A stretch of 64,000 nucleotides of DNA from a bacterium (GTDB lineage Bacteria; UBA8248; JACPRG01; G963555815). Positions 1 through 9,456 of this stretch are shown here, in pieces. Positions within the stretch are counted from its first letter, which is position 1. Every line of letters starts with the position of its first letter. Under the pieces are notes generated by a model, which was given only the letters and a program-made list of their open reading frames with translations, was not told the origin of the DNA and made no database searches. The stretch covers positions 3,808,001-3,872,000 of the forward strand of contig OZ244653.1 in NCBI GenBank assembly GCA_965218795.1. Reading direction: 5' to 3'. Made by a program: the position numbers and the translations under genes.

Positions 1-501
1 GCAGCGCTGTATGGATATGGGAACGATACCGTGGAGGGCGTCGTCGGCCGGATGCTGCGGGAGCGAAACAAAACCCTCACCGTCCTGGAATCCAATACGG
101 GCGGAGCCCTCGCCGCCCGGCTGAGCAGTGTCTCCGGGAGCGTCCAAACCATCAAGGGAGGGTGGGTCTCGATGTCGGCCGATTCCGTTTCATCCATCCT
201 GGGGAGCCGATCCTCTCAAGAGATTTCGAGGCCGCGAGCGGCGGCGTTGGCGCAGAAGGTTCGGGAGCTTGCGAAAGCGGATATCGGGCTGGCGGTTCTC
301 GGGCCAATCCCCGCCGGGGAGGAACTTGTCGCGACCACGGCAGAGGCCACCTACATGGCTTTGGCCGAAGCGTCCGGGCCCGTTGTCGAAACCCAGTGGA
401 GCTTCGGGGGAGGCGGACGCTTTCTTCAGGATCGGGCGACCGTGATGGCCCTGGACGTTCTCAGGCGGCATCTCCTCGAAGTGGAACAGTTGCCCGGTTA
501 A
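1..501 (+). CDS. cinA: CinA family protein, C-terminal (PncC-like) domain; 5' truncated by window edge
   Basis: Frame open from base 1; YGYGNDT-VEGVVGRML..TLTVLESNTGG, ADIGLAVLG and 'MALDVLRRHL' end fit the CinA C-terminal domain. Confidence 0.8.
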   Translation, partial: AALYGYGNDTVEGVVGRMLRERNKTLTVLESNTGGALAARLSSVSGSVQTIKGGWVSMSADSVSSILGSRSSQEISRPRAAALAQKVRELAKADIGLAVLGPIPAGEELVATTAEATYMALAEASGPVVETQWSFGGGGRFLQDRATVMALDVLRRHLLEVEQLPG

Positions 502-514
502 GGCCCGGTTAAGG
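493..514. repeat. 11-bp tandem duplication (CCCGGTTAAGG x2) spanning the cinA stop
   Basis: Direct repeat at 493-503 and 504-514. Confidence 0.9.
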
Positions 515-599
515 GTGGAGAGGCCATTGAGGGACTGATCCCCGGTCCGGTATCCTCCTGAATTGTCAGTGATTTTGAACTTGATCGGCACCCGTCGAG

Positions 600-2696
600 T
601 TGCTACGATTTGGTAGGGTATTCATTCGTCCGCACGATATTCTTATTCAACCGCGGCAGAAAGCCTGCGCATCGGGAATTCATGGGTTGTTTTTCTTGCG
701 ACGCATCCAAGGTGAATTGAGACAAATTCGCCAAAGGGTGTTTCTCGGCCCGGCCTACAGGATGGCTTCCGAATTCGGGGGCATTCTTCTCTTCCTGGTC
801 CTGGCCATTGGGGTCGGTGAATACTCGATGGAAAGGGTGGACCGCACCCGGCGCCTTCTGGCTGAGGGGGAGTTGCCACCCAGGCGGGCGGTCATGGTTC
901 ACCCTCCCAAGCCCGTCCCTCTGGTCGTCGAATCCCTGCCGGTATCAAAACCCGACTCCTACCTGCGGACGCGCGCCGCACCGCGCTCATTCTCGGCAAA
1001 GCGCTCTCCGGTGGCCGCGTCCGATGTCGAGAGAAACGGCCCGGGGGCACATCAAAACCCACGGCCCGAGGTCAGGGCGAAGGCTGATCCCGGGCGGACG
1101 AAAGCCGAAACTCCACAAACAACCGTTCCGACTGCCAAGGATCCGAAACCCCGGCTGACTCAGCCCTTGCCCCAATCGGAACCGGTTGGGATTACAAAAT
1201 CGGCGTCCCCGAATCATTCATCCAATGAAATCCTGTCCCGAAAGACGGATGAGTCTCGAAATTCAGCGAAGGAGCCAGAGGTTGCGCCTCGGCTGAGTGG
1301 GACTCGGGTCGCGCCTTCGGCCCGGCCGAAATCAGGCCTCGCTCCATTGAACGGGAAACCGCCGACCGCACCCTCTAACGGACTGAAGGCGACCGCCGTC
1401 ATCAAGACCGGAAAGCCCGACCCCTCCGGCGACGGGAAGGTTGTGGCCGGGACCAGCGGGCCTGTCAACGGGGTATCGAAGGAACCCGCTTCGGAAAAGT
1501 CTGTGATGGTGGCTTCGCGCGCCAAGGTGTCCCAACACCCATCAATGGCAACACGAAGGAAAACGCGGGAATATTGGCCACGCGAAGGCCGTATGTTGGA
1601 GAATGGAGCCCGCCTCCCCCGCAGTGTGAATCCCGATCGCCTCCTGTCCGCGGTGGCCTCTTCGGTCCGAACGGTTGCACTGATGCGGAATGTCTGGGAG
1701 ACATTCCGTTTGAGCCGCTACGTCGTCGAGGATGAAGTGATCCGGTGGGATCCCCAGCGGGAGGTCGTGGAGTTCGAACCGCTCTTCGCCGCGCCCGGCT
1801 CCGAAGTTCCCAGGCGGCTCCGATCCGATGGCGGGATCCGCGCCGTCGCCACAATCCGGGGGCGGATTCAGGGTTCTCTCTACAAGTCCGTCCTCCGCGT
1901 CGGCGGCAATGCCGCTCTGGCCGTCTCGCTGGCGGACATCTTCAGCTGGGAAGTGGATTTCAGGTCCGACCTTCAGCCCGGAGACCGGTTTTGGATCGTC
2001 GCCGAGGGCAAGCTTCGGCCCGGTCACGAGCCTCGGTGGAAACGGGTTCTGGGCGTCATGATCGAGGCGGGGGGAAGGCCGCATCGAGCCATTGCGTTCC
2101 CCGATCGTCGCGGGCGGCTGGGTTACTACGATGAGGACGGCAAGCCCTTCCACAAGTTGTTCCTGGGGGCTCCCGTCAATTACACGCGAATCTCCTCGGG
2201 ATATTCCCACCGGCGGTTCCACCCGATCCTCAAAATTCACCGGCCTCATCGAGGGATCGATTTTGCGGCGCCGTTCGGGACACCCGTTCGGGCCGTGGCC
2301 AGCGGAGTTGTCGTTCGAGCGGCCTGGACGGGGCAGGGCGGAAAGACCGTTGAGCTCAGGCACCCGAGGCGATACGGTACGAAGTACCACCACCTTTCGC
2401 GTTACGCGAGAGGAGTCCGCCGGGGCAAGCACGTCGTCCGAGGTGACGTTATCGGTTACGTCGGCTCGACCGGACTTTCGACCGGACCTCATCTGGATTT
2501 CACAGTCCTCTATGGCGGGAGACCGGTCAATCCGTTGAAGCTGAAGCAAATTGCAGGCGTGCCGATTTCGAAGAAGAATTGGAAACGCTTCGCCCGCCTT
2601 CGGGAGGCCATCTTCGCTTACGTGCGCGGACCGGTTTGGAAGGTGGAAACCGACCGGGGCGTCAAGATTGTCGCGGCGACATCCGCTGGCCGTTGA
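600..2696 (+). CDS. M23 family peptidoglycan endopeptidase (MepM-like) with N-terminal TM segment and long low-complexity linker; start uncertain (600 or 762)
   Basis: HRGIDFAAP (HxxxD) and STGPHLDF motifs; DIFSWEVDF..DLQPGD middle domain. Confidence 0.85.
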   Translation: MLRFGRVFIRPHDILIQPRQKACASGIHGLFFLRRIQGELRQIRQRVFLGPAYRMASEFGGILLFLVLAIGVGEYSMERVDRTRRLLAEGELPPRRAVMVHPPKPVPLVVESLPVSKPDSYLRTRAAPRSFSAKRSPVAASDVERNGPGAHQNPRPEVRAKADPGRTKAETPQTTVPTAKDPKPRLTQPLPQSEPVGITKSASPNHSSNEILSRKTDESRNSAKEPEVAPRLSGTRVAPSARPKSGLAPLNGKPPTAPSNGLKATAVIKTGKPDPSGDGKVVAGTSGPVNGVSKEPASEKSVMVASRAKVSQHPSMATRRKTREYWPREGRMLENGARLPRSVNPDRLLSAVASSVRTVALMRNVWETFRLSRYVVEDEVIRWDPQREVVEFEPLFAAPGSEVPRRLRSDGGIRAVATIRGRIQGSLYKSVLRVGGNAALAVSLADIFSWEVDFRSDLQPGDRFWIVAEGKLRPGHEPRWKRVLGVMIEAGGRPHRAIAFPDRRGRLGYYDEDGKPFHKLFLGAPVNYTRISSGYSHRRFHPILKIHRPHRGIDFAAPFGTPVRAVASGVVVRAAWTGQGGKTVELRHPRRYGTKYHHLSRYARGVRRGKHVVRGDVIGYVGSTGLSTGPHLDFTVLYGGRPVNPLKLKQIAGVPISKKNWKRFARLREAIFAYVRGPVWKVETDRGVKIVAATSAGR

Positions 2697-3235
2697 GACC
2701 GCTGGTTCTGCCCCATGAGGGTCATCATCCCAAGATTCATCCAACTGCGTTCTTGGCTCCGGGCGCCGTTGTCACCGGCGACGTCGAGATCGGCGAATAT
2801 GCCGGAATCTGGTTCTATGCGGTGGTCCGCGGAGACGTCTCGAAGGTGACCATCGGCCGGAACACGAACGTTCAGGACGGGAGCGTCCTTCACGGTCAGT
2901 TGAACGAGTATGATGTTCGCGTGGGCGACAACGTGACCATCGGCCATCAGGCGATTGTTCATGGATGCGTTGTCGAGTATGATGTATTGATAGGGATGGG
3001 CGCGCGCGTGCTCAACGGCAGCGTGATCGGATGCGGCTCGATCGTTGCGGCCGGGGCGGTGGTTCTCGAGGGAACGAAAATTCCGGAAGGAAGTCTGGTG
3101 GCCGGAGTCCCCGCGAGCGTTCGCCGGGAATTGAGCCCGAATGATCGAGAAAAGATTCGAACGACGGCCGAGCATTATATTGAATATGCGGGATCCTACC
3201 GCGACCTGATCGAGAAGGTCCGGGCGGACCCCTGA
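2693..3235 (+). CDS. Gamma carbonic anhydrase family protein (YrdA/PaaY-like)
   Basis: Hexapeptide repeats, VVRGD, NVQDGSVLH, TIGHQAIVHGC; TTG start overlaps upstream stop. Confidence 0.9.
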   Translation: MRPLVLPHEGHHPKIHPTAFLAPGAVVTGDVEIGEYAGIWFYAVVRGDVSKVTIGRNTNVQDGSVLHGQLNEYDVRVGDNVTIGHQAIVHGCVVEYDVLIGMGARVLNGSVIGCGSIVAAGAVVLEGTKIPEGSLVAGVPASVRRELSPNDREKIRTTAEHYIEYAGSYRDLIEKVRADP

Positions 3236-3353
3236 ACCCCGGGTTGCGCCGTCTTTCTCGACTTTAGGTTCTTATACGGCGAATCGCTCTGTCTCATCAG
3301 GGTTCGGAAGACTTTCCAGGGTTTCCGGGCCCCATCTCAAGCAGAGGCCTCTC

Positions 3354-4025
3354 ATGCGCTCAATCGCCCAGTTGTTTGGAAAATCGCCCTTCGGGCCCCT
3401 CCATGAACACATGAAGAAATCCAAAGAGTGCGTGGACCTGGTCACCCCCCTGTTGGAAGCCGTGATCAAGAGGGATCCCGATGAGATCCAAAGAATCACG
3501 GAACGGGTATCCAAAGTCGAACATCAGGCCGACGTTATCAAGAATGAGATCCGGGACCAACTCCCGCGCACCCTGTTTATGCCGGTGAGCCGGAGCGATT
3601 TTTTCTCCGTGCTGTCCCAGATGGATTCCATTCCGGATTCGGTTGAGGATCTCTGTGTTCTGCTCAGCCTTCGCCGGATGACGCTCCCGGAGGACCTGGA
3701 GCAGGATTTGCGTGATTTTCTGAGTCAGAGCCTGGCCGTCTTCTATCGGACCTACGACGTGGTGGAAGAGGTGGAAGGCCTTCTGGGCACGGCGTTCGGG
3801 GGACCCGACGCCGAAGCCATACACAACCAGATTAACGAGATCGGTCAGTTGGAGTGGGCGGCAGACAAGTCCCAGTTCGTCCTCGTCAAGCATATGTACG
3901 ACATTGAAGATCGAATGGATCCTGTATCGATCTACCAATGGTCAAAGATTTTCCAAAAGATCGGCGACCTCGCGAATTTTTCCGAAAAAACCGCCGATCG
4001 CCTTCGGGCGCTCCTTTCAAAGTAG
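3354..4025 (+). CDS. DUF47/TIGR00153 phosphate transport regulator (PhoU-like)
   Basis: FGKSPFGPLHEHM, EHQADVIK, LFMPVSRSD; directly upstream of pit. Confidence 0.9.
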   Translation: MRSIAQLFGKSPFGPLHEHMKKSKECVDLVTPLLEAVIKRDPDEIQRITERVSKVEHQADVIKNEIRDQLPRTLFMPVSRSDFFSVLSQMDSIPDSVEDLCVLLSLRRMTLPEDLEQDLRDFLSQSLAVFYRTYDVVEEVEGLLGTAFGGPDAEAIHNQINEIGQLEWAADKSQFVLVKHMYDIEDRMDPVSIYQWSKIFQKIGDLANFSEKTADRLRALLSK

Positions 4026-4055
4026 ACAGCGGCTGGGAAGAGGATATCCATTACT

Positions 4056-5291
4056 GTGGAGTATTCCGTTTTCATTCTGCCGGTCGCAATCATCGTCGGT
4101 CTCTACATGGCCTGGAACATCGGCGCCAACGATGTGGCCAACGCCATGGGCACGTCCGTGGGTACCGGTGCCATTACGCTCGGACAGGCCGTTTTCATAG
4201 CGGCCATTTTTGAGTTTGCAGGCGCGTTTTTAGTCGGGTCCAGTGTGACCAATACCATTCGGAAGGGAATCCTGGACGCTGGGCCGTTTCTCAAGGAGCC
4301 GGAGACCCTGGTCCGGGGAATGTTCTCGGCTCTGATCGGCGCCGCTGTCTGGCTTCATATCGCAACGTTTCTGGGACTCCCGGTCTCCACTACCCACTCG
4401 ATTATCGGGGCGATCATCGGGTTCGGTCTTGTGAAAGGCGGACTGAGCGCGATCAAATTCGGCGTATTGGGCGGCGTGGTGGCGAGCTGGTTTATCTCTC
4501 CCTTCATAGGTGGGTTGATCGCCTTCGCCATGTTCTCGTACATCCGGCGGAGAATCCTTGCCTCGGAGGACGTCAAACGATCCATCCTGGCCAATACCCC
4601 CTACATCGTCGGCCTGGTCGTTTTCCTGTTGACCCTGTCCATCATCTACAAAGGCTTGAAAAACCTGAAGATCGATCTGGGGGTATGGAGCGCGCTGGGG
4701 ACCGCCCTGCTGGCCGCAATCCTGATCGGCTCGATCTGTGGTTATATCGTCCGTAAACACGTGATCGGCGACCTCAGGGGTGTCGAGTCGGCCGAACGGG
4801 TCTTCCGATGGCTGCAAGTCATCACGGCCGCCTATGTGGCCTTCGCCCATGGAGCCAACGATGTAGCCAATGCCATCGGCCCGCTCGCCGTGGTTGTGGC
4901 CGGAATCAAGGGGGCGGTGATTTCCCTCAAAGTACCCGTCCCCTTGTGGCTCCTGTTCCTGGGGGGGGGCGGTATCGCTTTGGGTGTCGCGACTTACGGC
5001 TGGAAGGTGATTGCGACCATCGGAGAAAGGATTACGCACATGACGCCCTCGAGCGGGTTTTCGGCCGTGTTCGGGGCGGCCACCGCCGTCTTGGTTTTTT
5101 CCAAGCTGGGTATGCCCATCTCCACCACGCATACCCTTGTTGGGTCCGTCGTCGGTGTGGGGCTGGCGCGCGGCATGTCCGCCCTGAATCTGCGAATGGT
5201 TTGGACGATCCTACAGTCCTGGGTGGCCACTATCCCCATCGCCGCCGGGATCACCATTCTTGTGGAGTTTCTGCTCCGATGGGTTCTCTGA
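4056..5291 (+). CDS. pit: Inorganic phosphate transporter (PiT family)
   Basis: Two GANDVANA signatures, PVSTTH/PISTTH motifs, multiple TM helices. Confidence 0.95.
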   Translation: MEYSVFILPVAIIVGLYMAWNIGANDVANAMGTSVGTGAITLGQAVFIAAIFEFAGAFLVGSSVTNTIRKGILDAGPFLKEPETLVRGMFSALIGAAVWLHIATFLGLPVSTTHSIIGAIIGFGLVKGGLSAIKFGVLGGVVASWFISPFIGGLIAFAMFSYIRRRILASEDVKRSILANTPYIVGLVVFLLTLSIIYKGLKNLKIDLGVWSALGTALLAAILIGSICGYIVRKHVIGDLRGVESAERVFRWLQVITAAYVAFAHGANDVANAIGPLAVVVAGIKGAVISLKVPVPLWLLFLGGGGIALGVATYGWKVIATIGERITHMTPSSGFSAVFGAATAVLVFSKLGMPISTTHTLVGSVVGVGLARGMSALNLRMVWTILQSWVATIPIAAGITILVEFLLRWVL

Positions 5292-6277
5292 GCCAAGGGC
5301 CTACACGCGCGGCGGTCATTGATTTGGGAAGCATGGCCGTCCGCCTTCACATCGCTGAGGGTTTCGAGAAGGAGAGTTCCGCTCCCTTTCGGTCCCTTCA
5401 TGTAGATCGCAGGATCTCGCGTCTGGCGGAAAACCTGGGCCCCGGCGAGGAGTTGAGTCCGGCGGCAATGGAGAAGACGCTGGATCTTCTGCACGAGTTC
5501 CAGTCTGACATTCGGCGTTTCCAGGTCGCTCCTCCTTGGGTGCGGATCGTTTGCACGGAGGCGTTGCGTAAAGCAGTGAACGGAACCGCATTTGCCGGGA
5601 GGATTGAGGCGGAAACGGGATTTCACACCGTGATTCTGTCAGCGGACGAGGAGGCGCGGTGGACCGCCCTCGGGGTCCTTCTCGCCGCGCCTCCTTCGCC
5701 CGGCCCTGTCCTGATTGTGGACCCCGGCGGCGGTAGCACGGAATTCATCTGGGTGCGGGACGCCGGGAGCATGGATGACCGTGTAGAGCTCCGATGCGCG
5801 AGCGAGCCCATGGGAGTTTTGGAATTGACGCATCGTTTCGCGCTGGGCGCCCCCGCCGACCCCGAAGCGCTGTTGCAGCTGGAGACCCACATTCAAACCC
5901 GTCTGACTGCTGTCTTGGGCCGGGTATTGAACACCCGGTCCCAAGTGTCCTCCTTGCTGGTGACGGGCGGAACGGCGCTCAACCTGGCGGCGATTCATCG
6001 CCAAGTGATGCCGAAGAAGGAGGCGCATGCGCTCTTCCAGACGACCGTTTCACGGGAAGCATTGGAGATCCTCTACCGAAGGCTCGCTTCCTCTTCTATT
6101 GATGAAAGAGCGGGTGAGACCTTTCTTGAGCCGGGCCGGGAGGACGTCATCGTGCCGGGCCTTGCTATCCTCAGGGCTTTGTTGGCGGCGCTCGGGGCGA
6201 GTTCGGTCACGCTGACCCATTCGAGCCTCCGCGAAGGCATACTGGGCGACCTTCTCAAGGGAACCGCGATGGTCTGA
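5279..6277 (+). CDS. ppx: Ppx/GppA family exopolyphosphatase
   Basis: AVIDLGS, TEALRKAVN, DPGGGSTE, TGGT, SLREG motifs; start inferred overlapping pit end. Confidence 0.85.
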   Translation: MGSLSQGPTRAAVIDLGSMAVRLHIAEGFEKESSAPFRSLHVDRRISRLAENLGPGEELSPAAMEKTLDLLHEFQSDIRRFQVAPPWVRIVCTEALRKAVNGTAFAGRIEAETGFHTVILSADEEARWTALGVLLAAPPSPGPVLIVDPGGGSTEFIWVRDAGSMDDRVELRCASEPMGVLELTHRFALGAPADPEALLQLETHIQTRLTAVLGRVLNTRSQVSSLLVTGGTALNLAAIHRQVMPKKEAHALFQTTVSREALEILYRRLASSSIDERAGETFLEPGREDVIVPGLAILRALLAALGASSVTLTHSSLREGILGDLLKGTAMV

Positions 6278-6389
6278 AAGCCGCCCTTGCATTTGGTCTT
6301 CGTTTGGGAGGAAATTCTCATATATTTATTGAGAACAAATAGAGAGACCGAGTCATCAAGAGGATTCTTCCGGCATCGGGGACCCCGCC

Positions 6390-6419
6390 TTGACAAGGCC
6401 CCCATCCCGTTCGTATATA
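6390..6419 (+). promoter_or_regulatory. Putative sigma70 promoter of yceD-rpmF-plsX-fab operon
   Basis: TTGACA-N18-TATATA. Confidence 0.5.
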
Positions 6420-6508
6420 CCGGGCGGTTTTTGAGTGGTCGCTGGGGTCGAAAAGCTGTACACTGATACGGGCCGGAAGGTCTCTCAGACGGAAGGGAGA
6501 AGAGAGGC

Positions 6509-7066
6509 ATGGCCGGGTCTCGATGGAACGTCGGAGTTGACCAGATCCCCGAAGACGGGCTGGATCTTCATCTTTCCGAGCTGTCTTCCTTCTTTGATTT
6601 CAATCAGGAGGATGTTTCCTGGCGGGAACCCATTGAGTGGTCCGGCACAATCCAGCGCTTTGGCGCGGATATTTATTGCCGGGGAGCGTCGCGCGCGGAG
6701 ATTGCCCTGCCGTGTTCCAGATGCCTGAAGGATGTGGCGCTTGCTCTGGAGGTCGGCGCGACGTTTTCTTTCATTCCCGCCCGGTCGGCGGGGGGAGAGG
6801 GGAACGAGGAGGTAGAGGCGGCCTCGGAAGAGCCTGACATGTACCTGTACGATGGCGGAGAGGTCGCCCTCCGAGAACCGGTCAGGGATTCCCTGATCAT
6901 GGCCGTTCCGTTGCAGCCGTTTTGTCGTGAAGATTGTCAAGGGCTATGTTCGAGATGCGGGGCCGATCTCAATGACGGGCCCTGCGGATGTGCGCCGGAG
7001 GCCGTGGATCCTCGATGGGGGGCCTTGGCCCGCCTGCGTGGCCCATTGTCAACGGAGAAGGGTTAG
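6509..7066 (+). CDS. yceD: DUF177/YceD family protein
   Basis: CSRCL, CREDCQGLCSRCG.DLN..PCGC, DPRW motifs; precedes rpmF. Confidence 0.92.
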   Translation: MAGSRWNVGVDQIPEDGLDLHLSELSSFFDFNQEDVSWREPIEWSGTIQRFGADIYCRGASRAEIALPCSRCLKDVALALEVGATFSFIPARSAGGEGNEEVEAASEEPDMYLYDGGEVALREPVRDSLIMAVPLQPFCREDCQGLCSRCGADLNDGPCGCAPEAVDPRWGALARLRGPLSTEKG

Positions 7067-7069
7067 GTT

Positions 7070-7252
7070 ATGCCACTGCCGAAACGAAAATTATCCCGCG
7101 CTCGGCGGGATAAGCGGCGCAATCAGAATAAGCTGGCGGCCCCGACTGTGTCCGTTTGTCCTCAGTGCGGGGAAGTCAAGTTGCCTCACCGCGTTTGTCC
7201 TCATTGCGGCTACTACAAAGGCAGCGAGGTCATTTCTCCCAAAGAGAGTTGA
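7070..7252 (+). CDS. rpmF: 50S ribosomal protein L32
   Basis: PKRKLSRARRDKRR, CPQCG..PHRVCPHCGYY. Confidence 0.97.
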   Translation: MPLPKRKLSRARRDKRRNQNKLAAPTVSVCPQCGEVKLPHRVCPHCGYYKGSEVISPKES

Positions 7253-7267
7253 TTGGGGGAAAGCAAG

Positions 7268-8347
7268 ATGAAGATCGCCGTGGATGCAATGGGCGGGGAC
7301 AATGCCCCCGTCGCGGTGATTGAGGGAGCGGTTCAGGCCTGCCGGGCGTTCGGTATCGAGGTGATCCTGACAGGCCGCGAAGAATTGATCCGGCCGGTGC
7401 TCAATCGGCTCGGTTCCAGTGATTTGTCCATCACCATCCGACATGCCTCCCAGGTCGTGGAGATGGATGATTCACCGACGGAGGCCCTGAAGAAGAAGCC
7501 CGACTCATCCATGCGCCGGGCCATCGAGGAGCTCAAGGATGGGGCCGCGGACGCGGCGGTGAGTGCGGGAAATACCGGGGCGCTCCTCGCGAAGAGCTTG
7601 GTGGTCCTTCGAAACATCAAAGGCATTGATCGGCCCGCCATTACCGCGCTGATTCCCAATGCGAAGGGTTTCTGCATCATGATGGATGTAGGGGCCAACG
7701 TCGATTGCAAGCCGCAGCATCTCCTCCAGTTCGGTATCATGGGCAACGCCTTCGGCAAGACGGTCCTGAAGATTGACAGCCCGACCGTTGGCCTCCTCAA
7801 TATCGGAACCGAAAAAACAAAGGGGAACAAGGTCACCAAAACGGCCTTTGCCATGATGGAGCAAAGCTCTTTAAACTTCATTGGAAATGTTGAAGGAACC
7901 GACGTATTCCGCGGTGTCGCCGACGTGGTGGTCTGTGACGGGTTTGCGGGAAATGTCGCCCTCAAGATTACAGAAGGCGTGGCGGAGGTATTTGCCGATG
8001 CCTTTCGAAAAGAGAAGGAAGGCTCGATTCGCAGCAAGCTCGGCATGTTGCTGGTCCAGAACGGCTTGCGCTCCCTGTACAGTCGATTGGATTATACTGA
8101 GTATGGAGGAGCGCCGCTCTTGGGCATCGACGGCATCTGCATAAAGGCCCACGGCTCCTCGAACGCGAAGGCGCTCAAGAATGCCATCCGAGCCGCGATG
8201 CAGGCCCAGGAGGGAGACCTGGTCGGTCGGATTCGGGAGGAGATCTCCCAAAACGTAGAAATCGAAGCAGCCGAAGGGGTCGGCTTCCGTATCTGGAAGC
8301 AGTTGCGCGACACCATCCATCTCCATGACGATACGCCCGGTCGTTGA
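7268..8347 (+). CDS. plsX: Phosphate acyltransferase PlsX
   Basis: IAVDAMGGDNAP, SAGNTGA, DVGAN, GGAPLLG, KAHGSS. Confidence 0.96.
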   Translation: MKIAVDAMGGDNAPVAVIEGAVQACRAFGIEVILTGREELIRPVLNRLGSSDLSITIRHASQVVEMDDSPTEALKKKPDSSMRRAIEELKDGAADAAVSAGNTGALLAKSLVVLRNIKGIDRPAITALIPNAKGFCIMMDVGANVDCKPQHLLQFGIMGNAFGKTVLKIDSPTVGLLNIGTEKTKGNKVTKTAFAMMEQSSLNFIGNVEGTDVFRGVADVVVCDGFAGNVALKITEGVAEVFADAFRKEKEGSIRSKLGMLLVQNGLRSLYSRLDYTEYGGAPLLGIDGICIKAHGSSNAKALKNAIRAAMQAQEGDLVGRIREEISQNVEIEAAEGVGFRIWKQLRDTIHLHDDTPGR

Positions 8348-8411
8348 TTGCCACCCGATTTGCGTGAGCTGCATGATCCCCACGCCGGAATGAAGCTGAA
8401 AGGAAAACCAC

Positions 8412-9395
8412 TTGAAACGTTCGATGATCATTGGAACGGGTTCCTATGTCCCGGAGGATGTCATCACCAACCAGGATTTGGAGCGTTTGGTGGATACTTC
8501 CGATGATTGGATCAAGACCCGGACCGGTATCTCTGAAAGACGCCGGGCCGCGCCGGGGATGGCGGCTTCCGATCTGGCAGTCCGGGCCTCCCGTCCGGCG
8601 CTGGAGGCGGCGGGAATCGATCCCGAAGAGCTGGACATGGTTATCGCCGCCACCATTACCCCCGATACCACGTGTCCGTCCGCCGCCTGCTGGGTCCAGA
8701 ACCGACTGGGCGCGAAATGCGCCTTCGCATTCGATGTGAACGCCGCCTGCTCGGGATTCGTGTACGGTCTCGCCGTGGCCGATCAATTTATTCGGTCCGG
8801 TATGGTCCAGCGGATCTTGTTCGTCGGCGTTGAAATCATGACCCGGGTCGTCAACTGGGAAGACCGTTCGACCTGTGTGCTCTGGGGGGACGGCGCGGGC
8901 GCGGTGGTCCTGGCCCCGACGGAGAACGGCCGGGGGATCTTGTCCAGTCATTTATACGCGGACGGCATGAACGGTGAAACGCTCACCGTCGGAGGCGGAG
9001 GTTCAAGGATTGCGCCCATCACCCATGAAACCGTGGACCAGGACCTTCATACCCTGAAGATGAACGGTCAGGAAACCTTTCGCTTTGCCGTGCGGGCCTT
9101 CTCCGACGTCTGTATCGAAGCGCTGGAGCACAATCATTTGTCCGCTGATGATGTCGATCTGTTCATCCCCCATCAGGCCAACATCCGAATCATCGATGCG
9201 GCGACCAAACGACTGAAGCTGCCCACGGAAAAGGTCATGGTCACGATTCACAAGTATGGCAACACATCCTCCGCCAGCATCCCCGTGGCATTGGATGAGG
9301 CGGTTCGGGACGGACGCGTACACGAAGGGGACATGCTCTTATTGGCCGCATTCGGCGGCGGATTGACCTGGGGCGCCAACGTCCTCATCCTTTGA
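8412..9395 (+). CDS. fabH: 3-oxoacyl-ACP synthase III
   Basis: AACSGF, PHQAN, GNTSSAS triad motifs. Confidence 0.97.
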   Translation: MKRSMIIGTGSYVPEDVITNQDLERLVDTSDDWIKTRTGISERRRAAPGMAASDLAVRASRPALEAAGIDPEELDMVIAATITPDTTCPSAACWVQNRLGAKCAFAFDVNAACSGFVYGLAVADQFIRSGMVQRILFVGVEIMTRVVNWEDRSTCVLWGDGAGAVVLAPTENGRGILSSHLYADGMNGETLTVGGGGSRIAPITHETVDQDLHTLKMNGQETFRFAVRAFSDVCIEALEHNHLSADDVDLFIPHQANIRIIDAATKRLKLPTEKVMVTIHKYGNTSSASIPVALDEAVRDGRVHEGDMLLLAAFGGGLTWGANVLIL

Positions 9396-9456
9396 GCCTC
9401 CGGGTGGAGGCCCGTAGGATTTTTGAAGTCTCGCCCCAAATGGGAAGAATGGCTCG

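Noticed and set aside
3354-6277. DUF47-pit-ppx cluster as a novel system
   Set aside because: A well-known phosphate-handling arrangement; no Pho box was recognisable
8260-8347. Short C-terminal extension of PlsX
   Set aside because: About 25 residues; tail length varies widely in this family and no function can be argued from one sequence
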